Assembly (NCBI GenBank): GCA_045106415.1
Contig: JBGCEP010000030.1
Coordinates: 1 to 64,000 of the forward strand
Origin: Oligoflexales bacterium
GTDB taxonomy: Bacteria > Bdellovibrionota_B > Oligoflexia > Oligoflexales > Bog-1112
Length of the DNA: 64,000 bases
Reading direction: 5' to 3'
The translations under genes and the position numbers were made by a program. Under the pieces are notes generated by a model. That model ran no database searches. It had not been told where the DNA came from and was given only the letters and a program-made list of their open reading frames with translations. Positions 50,408 through 60,532 of this stretch are shown one piece after another. Position 1 is the stretch's first letter, and every line of letters begins with the position of its first letter.

Positions 50408-51442
50408 TCATAACGGATTTTTTTGTCTTGTCGGGAGGTAAATATAACCGAGACGGCCTTCTTGTAAGAAGTTTTCACCCGCCATCACAAAACTGCAACG
50501 AACACCAGAGATTCCCCCCCACCAGACAGGGTTGGATTTCTGTAAAGATTTGATTATGCCTTGGCATTGCTCGGTTAATGAATCACTTGGTTTATGAACA
50601 ATCTGCGTTCGAATCAGCAAACCAAAACCGTCTACTGTAAATAAAGATGCAATATGCTTCACCTTATGCCCAGGCAAAAGTTTTTGCACCTCAAATTTCC
50701 ATTCATTCTCAGGTAAGACTTGATCTCGAAATTGAAAGATTTCTTTTTGAATAGGGAGTTCATATAGACCAGCCCCACTTAAATATTTACCTGAGAGATC
50801 AAACCACATTCTTGCACCAAAAGTATCACCGACCAGCCTGCGTTGTTCTCCTCTTTGCAAAAGATGCTCATAAGACAAACCGTGATAAGACCAACGCATA
50901 TAATGAAATCCACCTAAAACCCAACGGTCATGATGAGGTACAAAAGTCACAAAAACACGACCTAAATCTTCTTGGCCTAAAATCTGAATCCAAACACCAA
51001 ACATCAACGGATAGCCATATTGAGGGTAGAGTGATACTTCAGTCGTATATGGACAAGAAAGGCTCTGAATCGAATTTTCCACGTTCTGCAATGCCCAAAA
51101 GCGATGCATTGATACCTCTAAAGGTCCTTTTAACCCAAGCTTCATCTGTATTAAGGCTTGGCCAATCTTGCTCGGAGTCATTTTTAAACGGGGGTGAAAT
51201 AACTGAGAAAGCTCAATTGCATCTTGCTCTTTTATCGATTTCAAAAGGATTTTTAATTTTTCTTGAGCCCCAGAAGGGATTTGTTTTGGAAACAACCTGA
51301 CACAGCTTGCTGCTGGAGACTCTGCTGAAAAAATTTGAGAACGGATGCTTTCAACCGGCAACGGCAATAAAGGCCGTTGCGCAAAAAGATGTAGATCACC
51401 CGCTATTACCACAAGAACCGCAGTCAGATTTTTCCAATTCAT
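50408..51442 (-). CDS. Hypothetical exported protein
   Basis: Long ORF with an N-terminal hydrophobic signal-like segment. Confidence 0.6.
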   Translation of the reverse strand: MNWKNLTAVLVVIAGDLHLFAQRPLLPLPVESIRSQIFSAESPAASCVRLFPKQIPSGAQEKLKILLKSIKEQDAIELSQLFHPRLKMTPSKIGQALIQMKLGLKGPLEVSMHRFWALQNVENSIQSLSCPYTTEVSLYPQYGYPLMFGVWIQILGQEDLGRVFVTFVPHHDRWVLGGFHYMRWSYHGLSYEHLLQRGEQRRLVGDTFGARMWFDLSGKYLSGAGLYELPIQKEIFQFRDQVLPENEWKFEVQKLLPGHKVKHIASLFTVDGFGLLIRTQIVHKPSDSLTEQCQGIIKSLQKSNPVWWGGISGVRCSFVMAGENFLQEGRLGYIYLPTRQKNPL

Positions 51443-51671
51443 ACGGTACAAGCTCCCAAGTCCCGAACTCTTGATTCACTGTTTGTAATGCATCATCAAG
51501 ATAATCATACTCTACAGTCATCAATTCGACGAGTTTCTCAGCTTCAAGGCAGTAAGCATTGTAAGTATATATTTCTTTTTCAGGTGAATAAATAATACTC
51601 ACACCTGCTTGACGGGATTCAAACTTTAAAAACTTTTTATCATAATTATCATTATTTAAAGGACCTCTCAT
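51396..51671 (-). CDS. Small hypothetical protein with a C-terminal CGSC motif
   Basis: ATGA overlap with the fmt stop; 91 aa. Confidence 0.65.
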   Translation of the reverse strand: MRGPLNNDNYDKKFLKFESRQAGVSIIYSPEKEIYTYNAYCLEAEKLVELMTVEYDYLDDALQTVNQEFGTWELVPYELEKSDCGSCGNSG

Positions 51672-52609
51672 GAGACCTCCACAGTGAAGAAATATTCTTT
51701 GTTTTTACGCCCATTGCAAAAATCATGCATTTTCATTAATTTTTTACCCTCAGGCTTTACACTATAAACCTCAAGAGAACCTTTAGCACACTGCACCCGC
51801 AAAACACCAGATTCCGGCTCCCAACGCCCTTGCCCAATGGTTTCAGAAAAAGACTGGGAGCTCACTTTTACGTCAGAAAAAACTATCCGACGCCCCTCTA
51901 GGAAACTATAAAGACCAGGCCAAGGCTGATAAGCTTTAAATCGTTGATAAATTTTCTGAGCAGATTCACTCCAAAGAATTTGGCCATCTTTTTTATGAAT
52001 TTTTTTACATAATGTAATCAAACTTTCATCTTGTTCAACACCGACATACAAAGGATTTTCAAGGTGCTGCAAAGCCATCAAAACCTGTGATCCACCCTCA
52101 ATAAATAAAGCATGCAGAAGATCTTCAGCTGTTGCTTCTGGAGCAACATTTTGCTCTGTCTGGCAAATAATATTTCCTGCATCTAAGGCTTGCACTGTGA
52201 AAAGAATACTAACACCTGTTTTTGCATCACCCTCAAGCAATGTATTTTGCACCGGTGTTGCTCCTCTGTGTTTTGGTAGCAAAGAGGGGTGAATATTGAT
52301 AGTCCCACGTTTTGGAATCTCTAAAAATTTTTTCGTCAAAATTTGGCCATACGCTGCTGTAATTGCCACATCTGGCTGTAGAGCAGAAAAGCGGGCTAGA
52401 AAATCTGGATCTGAGGCCTTCATTGGCTGTAAGACTTCAATGCCTTTTTGTTTGGCAAACTCAGCTACCGCAGGGTCCATCACTTTACGGCCTCGGCCCT
52501 GTTTAGACGCAGGTTGACTCACAACAGCAACCACTTCATGATTCGACGCTAATAAAGACTCTAAGGGAGGAATCACACACGCTGGCGAACCTAAAAAAAC
52601 AACTCTCAT
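51668..52609 (-). CDS. fmt: Methionyl-tRNA formyltransferase
   Basis: RVVFLGSP, VVSQP...GRG, AAYGQIL, INIHPSLLP.HRGA.P, LDAG. Confidence 0.95.
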   Translation of the reverse strand: MRVVFLGSPACVIPPLESLLASNHEVVAVVSQPASKQGRGRKVMDPAVAEFAKQKGIEVLQPMKASDPDFLARFSALQPDVAITAAYGQILTKKFLEIPKRGTINIHPSLLPKHRGATPVQNTLLEGDAKTGVSILFTVQALDAGNIICQTEQNVAPEATAEDLLHALFIEGGSQVLMALQHLENPLYVGVEQDESLITLCKKIHKKDGQILWSESAQKIYQRFKAYQPWPGLYSFLEGRRIVFSDVKVSSQSFSETIGQGRWEPESGVLRVQCAKGSLEVYSVKPEGKKLMKMHDFCNGRKNKEYFFTVEVS

Positions 52610-52718
52610 CCATCTCTCCTACAACCAATCAAACATAGAGATAAACGGATTCTTTATCGACAGCAACAGAATTCGTCGCTTCCATCATAAGCGCCTAATA
52701 AAACAAGAATAACCAATA

Positions 52719-53528
52719 TTATTTATCACGACATGTCTCTTGAAATTCGTCTTGTAGCGATTTATTGAGATTCATAGCTTTTGCAAAATCGTACTCACGA
52801 CCAGAATAAATACGGCCATAATACTCTGAAGCTTCAACAGATTTTTCTGGGGCCATATTCTCCAAAATCGCTGTGACTTGTTTTTGTTTCATATTTTTAA
52901 ATAGAGCAACTCTAAGATCTTTATCCATTTTTTCAAAAATTGGAGCAGCTTTTTTAGGTTCCATTTTCACATAAAATGCTATTAAGTTTTCCAAACGATC
53001 TTCTTGAAGTTTTTTTTCTTTTTGCAACGTTGATTGAAAAAAATCCATCTCGTCATCAATTTTTTGAAGTTTTTCATCAATGCTTACTTCTAAATTTTGA
53101 AGCTGCTTATATTTATCTTTGAGTAGTTCAAGTCTATCTCGGACTTGACCCTGTAAACGCTCAACAATTTTAACATAACGCGCTGCATCTTCACGTTTAG
53201 CTTTTTCTGAATTAAAGTTTGGGAGCTCCAATAAACCGTGAAAAAAACCTTTTCTTTCATCTTTTTTTGTTGTATTTGCTTTTGCGATTTTTAAGCCGTC
53301 TTCATTCATTTGAAAACCTAATAAATCTTCATCGTCAGTAGCTGCTTCTTCAATATTTTCTTCTATAATCTCCGCTGTCTCTTCATCAAGAGATTCTTGT
53401 TCTTCTGAAATTCCTTCTTCATCTGCACCCACTAAATTTTTTTCACCAAACTCTAAATCAAACACCCAAAAAGCGGATACTACACACAAAATAGAAATTT
53501 TTAGAATAAAAATATTACGAAGAAACAT
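52719..53528 (-). CDS. MotE/YlxF-like flagellar protein (MgtE_N-like domain)
   Basis: N-terminal TM, coiled coil, FY.KMEPKKAAPIFEKMD...MK...V.AILE.M.PEK; follows fliJ. Confidence 0.75.
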   Translation of the reverse strand: MFLRNIFILKISILCVVSAFWVFDLEFGEKNLVGADEEGISEEQESLDEETAEIIEENIEEAATDDEDLLGFQMNEDGLKIAKANTTKKDERKGFFHGLLELPNFNSEKAKREDAARYVKIVERLQGQVRDRLELLKDKYKQLQNLEVSIDEKLQKIDDEMDFFQSTLQKEKKLQEDRLENLIAFYVKMEPKKAAPIFEKMDKDLRVALFKNMKQKQVTAILENMAPEKSVEASEYYGRIYSGREYDFAKAMNLNKSLQDEFQETCRDK

Positions 53529-53538
53529 AAATCAAACC

Positions 53539-53982
53539 TTACATATTATATTTCCAATTATAGCTATCATCTTGCGATTCTTGCTCTTGTCTTGAAACTT
53601 CATTTGCGAGTTCTTGCCATGTTCGATGTTTCATTTCTTCTGCTGCTTTCACAGACGCATGAGCTTCTTGAAGTTTTTTACCTTGCATTTGAACTCTGCG
53701 CTGAATATTTGATAACTCTATATGTGATTTCGACCAATTTAATTTGGCATGATCTGCTAAATCTTCAAATGTTGATAACGAGTGCCGCTCAGATGAAGAA
53801 CGCAATTGATTTACTTTATCAACGCCTTCTAAATATTGTTTTTGATACTCATTAAGTCTTTGTTCAAGGTTTTGTTTTTCAAATAAAAGATCTGAAAAAA
53901 CTTTTTGTTCATTCTCAAGAGCAACTTTTCTCATCTTTAAAATAGTCACTAGTCTTTGATTTTTTTTAATGTAATCTCTCAT
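53539..53982 (-). CDS. fliJ: Flagellar export protein FliJ
   Basis: 147-aa coiled coil directly after fliI, ending EQ...DD. Confidence 0.7.
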   Translation of the reverse strand: MRDYIKKNQRLVTILKMRKVALENEQKVFSDLLFEKQNLEQRLNEYQKQYLEGVDKVNQLRSSSERHSLSTFEDLADHAKLNWSKSHIELSNIQRRVQMQGKKLQEAHASVKAAEEMKHRTWQELANEVSRQEQESQDDSYNWKYNM

Positions 53983-54005
53983 TGTTTTCCCTGCTTATTA
54001 AAATT

Positions 54006-55319
54006 TCATGAATGCAACAACCTGATAAGCCCTTGTATAGTATCTTTATAATCAGAGAGCTTTGTTGTATCTTGTTTTAAATACTCTTCAATTCTAGGCA
54101 TTAAAAGTAATGCTCTATCGAGTTTAGGATTCGTTCCTTTTTCATAAGAACCTAATTGAATAAGGTCATAATTTTCTTCATATTGACTAATCAACGCCTT
54201 TAACTCAGTTGCAATCTTACGATGTTGCTCAGGAACAACATCAATCATGACTCGACTTGCACTTGAAGTGACTTCAATAGCAGGAAAATGTCCTTGTGAT
54301 GCAAGTTTTCGAGATAAATTAATATGCCCATCAAGAATAGATCGGACAGCATCAGGAATGGGGTCATTAAAATTATCACCATCTACTAAAACCGTATATA
54401 GCCCACTGATACTTCCATGCCCTTTTTCCTGAGGTCCACAACGCTCTAGTAAGCGAGGCAATAAAGAATAAACAGACGGTGGATAACCTTTTGTTGTTGG
54501 AGGCTCACCAGCTGCCAGTCCTATTTCTCTTTGAGCCTGTGCCACACGCGTCAAGGAATCAAGCATAAGTAATACACGTTTATTACAAGATGAAAAATAT
54601 TCAGCAATAGCCGTAGCGACAAAAGCTCCACGAATTCTCATTAAAGGAGATTGATCACTCGTGACAGCGATGACAACAGACTTCTTAAGACCTTCTTCTC
54701 CTAGTTCTCTTTCAATAAATTCACGAACTTCTCGACCTCTTTCACCAATTAATGCAATGACATTAATATCCGCAGATGATCCTCGAGCAATCATCCCCAT
54801 CAAGACACTTTTACCAACACCAGATCCGGCCATAACACCAGTTCTTTGCCCCTCACCAAAGGTCAACAACCCATCAATCGCTCTCACCCCTAATGGCAAT
54901 GGTTGGTGAATTCTAGATCGTTTTAACGGATTAGGTGCTTCTTTCTGCAAGGGACATAAACGAGCATCTGGCGATAAAGAAAAAGAACCATTTAAGCTAT
55001 TTAAAAATGGATCTAATACATGTCCCAATAAATGAGATCCTGCCCAAATATGGTCATGTACAGTGATAGGCTCAACGCGAGCACCAACATAAATACCACC
55101 AATGTTAGTGTAAGGCATTAATAGAGTGCGGCCATTTTTAAAACCTACGACTTCTGCAGGAAGAATATCAGACGCTAAAATTTGTACTATCGTACCCAGA
55201 CTACACTTTGGCATTGAGGCTTCGATCATTTGTCCCACAACATCCAGTACTCGACCAGATTGAGACCAAGATGATTTTGAAAATTCAAAATCACTACGTT
55301 TAAACTGTCGGATCTGCAT
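54006..55319 (-). CDS. fliI: Flagellar export ATPase FliI
   Basis: AGSGVGKS, IGERGREVREF, MLDSLTR, GEPPTTKGYPPS, DGHI.LSR. Confidence 0.96.
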   Translation of the reverse strand: MQIRQFKRSDFEFSKSSWSQSGRVLDVVGQMIEASMPKCSLGTIVQILASDILPAEVVGFKNGRTLLMPYTNIGGIYVGARVEPITVHDHIWAGSHLLGHVLDPFLNSLNGSFSLSPDARLCPLQKEAPNPLKRSRIHQPLPLGVRAIDGLLTFGEGQRTGVMAGSGVGKSVLMGMIARGSSADINVIALIGERGREVREFIERELGEEGLKKSVVIAVTSDQSPLMRIRGAFVATAIAEYFSSCNKRVLLMLDSLTRVAQAQREIGLAAGEPPTTKGYPPSVYSLLPRLLERCGPQEKGHGSISGLYTVLVDGDNFNDPIPDAVRSILDGHINLSRKLASQGHFPAIEVTSSASRVMIDVVPEQHRKIATELKALISQYEENYDLIQLGSYEKGTNPKLDRALLLMPRIEEYLKQDTTKLSDYKDTIQGLIRLLHS

Positions 55320-56556
55320 CTTCTTCGCCTATATCAAAAAGCCTTGTGTCGGCTTGCTCTAGAAAATCTCTTACTTTTCGTGAAATAGCACCTTCAATAT
55401 CACCCCACTCAGTAACAATCTTAAAATCTTCCCCTTCTACTGAAGCATCTACCTTAAGGTGTGATAAAAAGTCCTCTGACACTATACCTTTTAGTTTTTC
55501 AAACATATTTTCATGAACATGAACATGATAGTTATCGTCTTTAACACCATCTGTAATAGCTTTTTGAATAACTTCAGAAAAAATCCTAGGGCTTTCTGCT
55601 AAAGCATGACCTAAAACCCCTTCACAAATTGCTGCTGTAAGCTCCTGAAAATTATCTTGTATTTTATTCATGATTTGTGGTTTTAAAGCTTGGATTTCTC
55701 TTAAAGCTTCTTGCATGTTTTGTAAATTGGTTTCAGTTTTTACTTTATGCTCATCTGCGGCTTGCTTTAAACCTTCTTCATAGCCTTGATCAAAACCACT
55801 CTTTTGGCCTTCTTGGATAGCTTGATTTTTTAACTCCTCTAAATTATCTAAATGTTCTTTGTGTTCAATTTCTAAATTTTTCTGATTTTCTAATTCAGAA
55901 TCAGTTGGCTTTAAATCTTGAGCGATATTTGGTTCAGAGGAATCATCAATATGAAACGTATCACGCTTTTCTTTTAAATCTGACAAAGGGTCGTTTTGGA
56001 TCTCATTTTCAGGATGTATTGATAATGGATTAGCAGAATCTTGAGTTTCTTCTAAGACATTTAAATTACCGCTCTGTTCAGGAACTTTATTTTGATCTCG
56101 TTGGTTTTCCTCTTGATTAAATTCTGATTTTTCATTTTCAATATTTTTTGTTTCCCGCGTTCCATTCGGCTGATGACGCTTCTGATCCATTCTCGCAAAA
56201 TGCTCTTCTAGCTCATTATCAAAATCTTCTTCTTCTTCTTGCGATAAGCCTTTTTTATGTAATGCTTTCTGCCTTGCTTCTTTCCAATCATTGTTAAAAT
56301 CACGCGGCTTCATTGTTGGAGGAGCGTGATCTTCAGCTAATGAAGGAAAGACATTTGGTGGTAATGCAGTATTTTTTTCTACAACTTTTGGATCATGAAG
56401 GCGTGAGTGAACTATATTACCTGCAGGATTATCCGGATAAATTGTAAAATCAGCATGCAGTTGATGAAAGTCAAAAGATTCAAGCTTTACAACTTTCATC
56501 AAACGAGCATTATGTTTAATAAAACGACCTTTGAGTTTATTACCATCATGTAGCAT
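55300..56556 (-). CDS. fliH: FliH with a long N-terminal extension
   Basis: Between fliF and fliI; GxxxG repeats (EGQKSGFDQGYEEG); C-terminal TEWG.I FliH-like domain. Confidence 0.7.
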   Translation of the reverse strand: MLHDGNKLKGRFIKHNARLMKVVKLESFDFHQLHADFTIYPDNPAGNIVHSRLHDPKVVEKNTALPPNVFPSLAEDHAPPTMKPRDFNNDWKEARQKALHKKGLSQEEEEDFDNELEEHFARMDQKRHQPNGTRETKNIENEKSEFNQEENQRDQNKVPEQSGNLNVLEETQDSANPLSIHPENEIQNDPLSDLKEKRDTFHIDDSSEPNIAQDLKPTDSELENQKNLEIEHKEHLDNLEELKNQAIQEGQKSGFDQGYEEGLKQAADEHKVKTETNLQNMQEALREIQALKPQIMNKIQDNFQELTAAICEGVLGHALAESPRIFSEVIQKAITDGVKDDNYHVHVHENMFEKLKGIVSEDFLSHLKVDASVEGEDFKIVTEWGDIEGAISRKVRDFLEQADTRLFDIGEEDADPTV

Positions 56557-56565
56557 AAGAGCCTA

Positions 56566-58179
56566 TTATTGATTAGGATTCAACAACATACGAATCGCTT
56601 CTGTTGTACGTTTTGGTTCGTTTCTAGCAAGGAATAACACTTGCTCTTGAGGGGATAACTTATCGAATGGCACATCTTCTTGAATCTGCACATTTTGAAT
56701 ACTTCCCAACTCAAGGTCTGGTTTGTATTCTTCAACAATAGCTTGTGCTTCTTTTCTTTCTGGATCATACGAAAGCCACCGAAAATAAGGCCTTACAATA
56801 AAGACAAAGAATAAAACAAGTGCAAGAGCAGAGGAAGCCGAGACAGCCAAAGTTGATAAATACTCTCGATCTTCTTGTTTAATTTTACTTAATTCCATCA
56901 TTTGAAATGGGTCTAATTGGAACATCATATTTTCAACAGTGATCACATCGCCACGAACTTCTTTATACCCAACAGCACCTTCAATAAGTTTTCGTATTTT
57001 AAGCATTTCTTCTGGGCTTCTTTCTTCAAAAGCCGGAGTAGAACCATCAATAGGATAAATTTGTTTACCGTCAACAATCACAGAAACTGTAAGTCGATTA
57101 ATCGTTCCTAGCTGTAAAGTTTTTTGGCTCACAGTTTTCGAAACTTCATAATTTAAAAGCTCTGTACTCTTCTCGCTTCCTGCTTTCGACCCTGAAGCTG
57201 CGAGTTGTTCTTGCTCCCCAGGTACGTTTGACTTACTTCCGGGAATTCCTGTCGGATTTAACCCTTCACCACTCATGGTCATGCCACTACTGTTTTTAGA
57301 TAAAACAGCAACATCATCAGGATCCACATCAACGATACGTTGAGTTTCACGTGTAAAATCGATATCTGCATCAACTTTTGCTTCAACTCTATCTGGACCA
57401 ACGACTCGGCCAACGATAGCTCGAATGCGTTCTTCCATACCAGATTCTATACTCTTTTTAAATTCCAAAAGATCTTGCGTTTGTTTTGTTCCTGGATCAC
57501 GAGATTCAATCTCAGTTAACATTCGTCCATCTGAGTCAATAATTGTGATATTTGTTGGTTTTAATCCTTCTACAGAGTTTGACACAAGATGTTGAATTCC
57601 TTTCACTTGCTTTCGATCAATCCCTGCATTTCTTCTCGTTCGAATATAAACAGCTGCAGTGGGTTCTTTTTCTTCACGAACAAAAAGGCTAATTTTAGGT
57701 AAAACAATATGAACACGAGCAGATTGGATGCCATCAATAGCGGCTATCGTTCTTGATAATTCTCCTTGAACAGCTCTTAGCCTTTGAATTTCTTGCTCAA
57801 ACTGAGTTCGTGAAAAGTCTTCCTCATCAAATGCTTCCCATCCAACAACACCTTTTTCAGGCAACCCTTCTTGAGAAAGTTTAATACGTAATGTTGCAAG
57901 TTGCTCAACAGGGACTTTGATTCCTTTAGCGTCAATCACATATTCATCAAATCCACTTCCCTGCAAATACCTTGTTACTTCTGCAACATCTTTTGACGTC
58001 AAATCAACAAAAAGATATCGCATTGTTGAACGCTCCTGTAGAAGCATAAGCGTCATCAGTCCACCACCTATAAATAAAAAGGCTATTCCCATCGCAATTT
58101 TTTGCACAAAGGATAATTTTTCCCAAATTTTTCGAGAAGCCTCAAAAATATTATTAAAGATTGAACTGATTTGATCCAC
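56566..58179 (-). CDS. fliF: Flagellar M-ring protein FliF
   Basis: G.E.FD...T.FEQ....RA.QGELSRTI, ARVHIVLP..SLF, SVEGL...NITI.D..G; two TMs. Confidence 0.95.
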   Translation of the reverse strand: MDQISSIFNNIFEASRKIWEKLSFVQKIAMGIAFLFIGGGLMTLMLLQERSTMRYLFVDLTSKDVAEVTRYLQGSGFDEYVIDAKGIKVPVEQLATLRIKLSQEGLPEKGVVGWEAFDEEDFSRTQFEQEIQRLRAVQGELSRTIAAIDGIQSARVHIVLPKISLFVREEKEPTAAVYIRTRRNAGIDRKQVKGIQHLVSNSVEGLKPTNITIIDSDGRMLTEIESRDPGTKQTQDLLEFKKSIESGMEERIRAIVGRVVGPDRVEAKVDADIDFTRETQRIVDVDPDDVAVLSKNSSGMTMSGEGLNPTGIPGSKSNVPGEQEQLAASGSKAGSEKSTELLNYEVSKTVSQKTLQLGTINRLTVSVIVDGKQIYPIDGSTPAFEERSPEEMLKIRKLIEGAVGYKEVRGDVITVENMMFQLDPFQMMELSKIKQEDREYLSTLAVSASSALALVLFFVFIVRPYFRWLSYDPERKEAQAIVEEYKPDLELGSIQNVQIQEDVPFDKLSPQEQVLFLARNEPKRTTEAIRMLLNPNQ

Positions 58180-58195
58180 TGGTTCCCCTTAAAAA

Positions 58196-58528
58196 TTAGA
58201 CAGGCATTCTCATAACTTCTTGATATGCTTCAAGGGCTCTATTTCTAACTTGAACCATCAAATTAAAACTTAACTCTGCTTGACTTAAAGCCAGCATAGT
58301 TTCATGAATATTCTCAGTTTTTCCAGAAGCGATATGGGAGGCCATTTGATCTGCATTTTTTTGAGATTCATCCACACTATTTACTGCTTCTTTTAGTGTT
58401 TCGCTAAAAGAAGCAGTTTGCCCTGATGATTCTTCAAAATTCGCTTGAAGTGGGCCCTGCCCTTCAGAAAGATCATTTTGTTTTTTCAGTGCTTCTCGAA
58501 AAAGATTCTGAAATTCAATTTTTGTCAT
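58196..58528 (-). CDS. fliE: Hook-basal body protein FliE
   Basis: SFSETLKEAV, HETMLA..QAE.SF.LMVQVRNRALEAYQEVMRMPV. Confidence 0.95.
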   Translation of the reverse strand: MTKIEFQNLFREALKKQNDLSEGQGPLQANFEESSGQTASFSETLKEAVNSVDESQKNADQMASHIASGKTENIHETMLALSQAELSFNLMVQVRNRALEAYQEVMRMPV

Positions 58529-58547
58529 AACCTACTCCTTTCATAGT

Positions 58548-58988
58548 CTAACGACCTATCTCTAATGCTCTCATTGCCATATCTTTAGCATCATTTAATG
58601 CTGTTGCATTGGCTTCATAAGCACGTGTTGCAGCAATCATATTCACCATTTCATTCATAATCTGAATATTTGGCATCGAGACATAGCCGTCTTGGTCGGC
58701 ATCTGGATGTGACGGTTCAAAAACTCTTTTCGGTTCACGACTATCTTTATGGATATCGGTCACAGTTACAGATTTGAGCTGGGTATGCATTGTTTCATCG
58801 AGAAAGTCTTCAAATTCATTACTCACAGGAGTAGCTGAAAAAACAACATCTTTACGGCGATAAGGTCCACCTTCAGCTGTACGCGTTGTTTGAGCATTCG
58901 CAAGGTTTGAACTTAATAAGTTCATTCTTACCCGTTGTGCAGCAAGACCACTTGAACTAATTTTCATCGATTTAAAAAAACCGCTCAT
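58548..58988 (-). CDS. flgC: Basal-body rod protein FlgC
   Basis: SSGLAAQR.RMN..SSNLANA, PYRRK, PSHPDAD..GYV.MPN, RAYEAN. Confidence 0.96.
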   Translation of the reverse strand: MSGFFKSMKISSSGLAAQRVRMNLLSSNLANAQTTRTAEGGPYRRKDVVFSATPVSNEFEDFLDETMHTQLKSVTVTDIHKDSREPKRVFEPSHPDADQDGYVSMPNIQIMNEMVNMIAATRAYEANATALNDAKDMAMRALEIGR

Positions 58989-59000
58989 CCCTTAACCCCC

Positions 59001-59417
59001 CTATCGACCACCATTTACCGCATATCGAAGCATCCCTATTTTTCTACGAAGTACTTCTGTCGTTGTTCTGTATAAAATTTGATTTTGAGCCATTTCCATC
59101 ATTTCAAGATCAACGTCAACAGTGTTTCCATCTTCCCCAACACTTTCACTGGGCCGCACATAAACCTCAGGATCAAAACTTCCATCAGCTCGAGCAAAAG
59201 GGTGTTGTTTATGCCTTGGGTCTGATGTTTTTAGCTGAGCAGTTTCTGAGCTATCTTGAAACGCTTGAAGCTGGTCCTCAAAATCATAACCAAGCGCCCG
59301 AAACCCTGGGGTTTCGGCATTTGAGATGTTTGATGACAAAACATGACTTCGTTCAACCCTTTGATCAAGGGATGCAATCTGAAGCCTATCTTGATAACTA
59401 AAGATCCCTTGCATCAT
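59001..59417 (-). CDS. flgB: Basal-body rod protein FlgB
   Basis: SSNISNAETPGF, DGNTVDVD.EM, NQILY. Confidence 0.95.
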   Translation of the reverse strand: MMQGIFSYQDRLQIASLDQRVERSHVLSSNISNAETPGFRALGYDFEDQLQAFQDSSETAQLKTSDPRHKQHPFARADGSFDPEVYVRPSESVGEDGNTVDVDLEMMEMAQNQILYRTTTEVLRRKIGMLRYAVNGGR

Positions 59418-60510
59418 GACCTTGGCTCCAGTTCATAGGGGGTGTGACATCAAAACCCGCAGCTGTATATTCATTAATTTTATTTCGCAGTGTTCTTAAG
59501 CTGATGCCTAATGTTTTTGCTGCATGAGTTCTATTACCTCTATGATTTTTTAATGTCTCTAAGATGAAGTGTGTTTCAACAATCTTTAAAGGAGTTCCAA
59601 TTGGAAGTGCTGAAATCCAATCACTTGCTAACGAGCCTCCTTGGTTTTCTAAAGGAAGGTGCTCACACTGAATCACCTGACCATTTGCAACTATCGCAGC
59701 TCTTTGTACAACGTTATGTAATTCTCTAACATTTCCAGGCCAATGATGTGCTTCAAGTCGCGCTTTTGCTTCATCAGAAAAGGTAAGATTTGGTTTATCA
59801 AAGTTTTTCGCACCTTCTTGTAAAAACAACTCACCTAAATGGAGAATATCTTTTGGTCTCTCTCTTAGTGGAGGAATTTCAATGTGAAAAACATACAAAC
59901 GATAGTAAAGATCTTGACGAAACTGTCCTTTTTTAATGGCCTCTAAAATATCTCTATTTGTCGTTGCAATAATTCGAGTGTCCACTGCTATAGGATCACT
60001 TCCGCCAATTCTTTGAATTTCTTTTTCTTGAATTGCTCGCAATAATTTAGCCTGCAACCCAATTTCTATTTCTGTTATTTCATCAAGGAGAAGAGTCCCT
60101 CCTTTTGCTTGTTCGAATCGCCCCAGATGCCTTTGATGCGCTCCTGTAAAAGCTCCCTTTTCAAAACCAAAAAGCTCACTTTCTAGCAAAGTAGGTGGTA
60201 AAGCCGCACAATTTACAGCAATAAATGGACGGTCACCTTGATTTGCTGCATTATGCACAGCCCTTGCGACAACTTCTTTACCAACACCAGACTCACCTGT
60301 AATTAACACTGGGACTTGTGTATCCGCAATTTGCCAGATGATGTCTTGAATTCTCATCATTTTTTCGTCAGCTGTTGAAAAAAGCGTCTTTGCCACATCT
60401 TGGTTAGCTCTACGCCCCTGCCGACTTTGAATAAAGTCAAGATAGGTGCTCGCTTGTGGGCGAGAAGAGTTCATTGCTGTAGCAAGACTGTTGAAACGAG
60501 AATTACTCAC
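59398..60510 (-). CDS. sigma54-dependent transcriptional activator (AAA+ and Fis HTH, no REC domain)
   Basis: GESGVGKE, ESELFG.EKGAFTGA, LLLDEI, WPGNVREL, GNRTHAAKTLGISLRTL; probable GTG start at 60510 after AAGGA. Confidence 0.92.
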   Translation of the reverse strand: MSNSRFNSLATAMNSSRPQASTYLDFIQSRQGRRANQDVAKTLFSTADEKMMRIQDIIWQIADTQVPVLITGESGVGKEVVARAVHNAANQGDRPFIAVNCAALPPTLLESELFGFEKGAFTGAHQRHLGRFEQAKGGTLLLDEITEIEIGLQAKLLRAIQEKEIQRIGGSDPIAVDTRIIATTNRDILEAIKKGQFRQDLYYRLYVFHIEIPPLRERPKDILHLGELFLQEGAKNFDKPNLTFSDEAKARLEAHHWPGNVRELHNVVQRAAIVANGQVIQCEHLPLENQGGSLASDWISALPIGTPLKIVETHFILETLKNHRGNRTHAAKTLGISLRTLRNKINEYTAAGFDVTPPMNWSQGHDARDL

Positions 60511-60532
60511 GACGATTCCTTTCCATCCAGGT

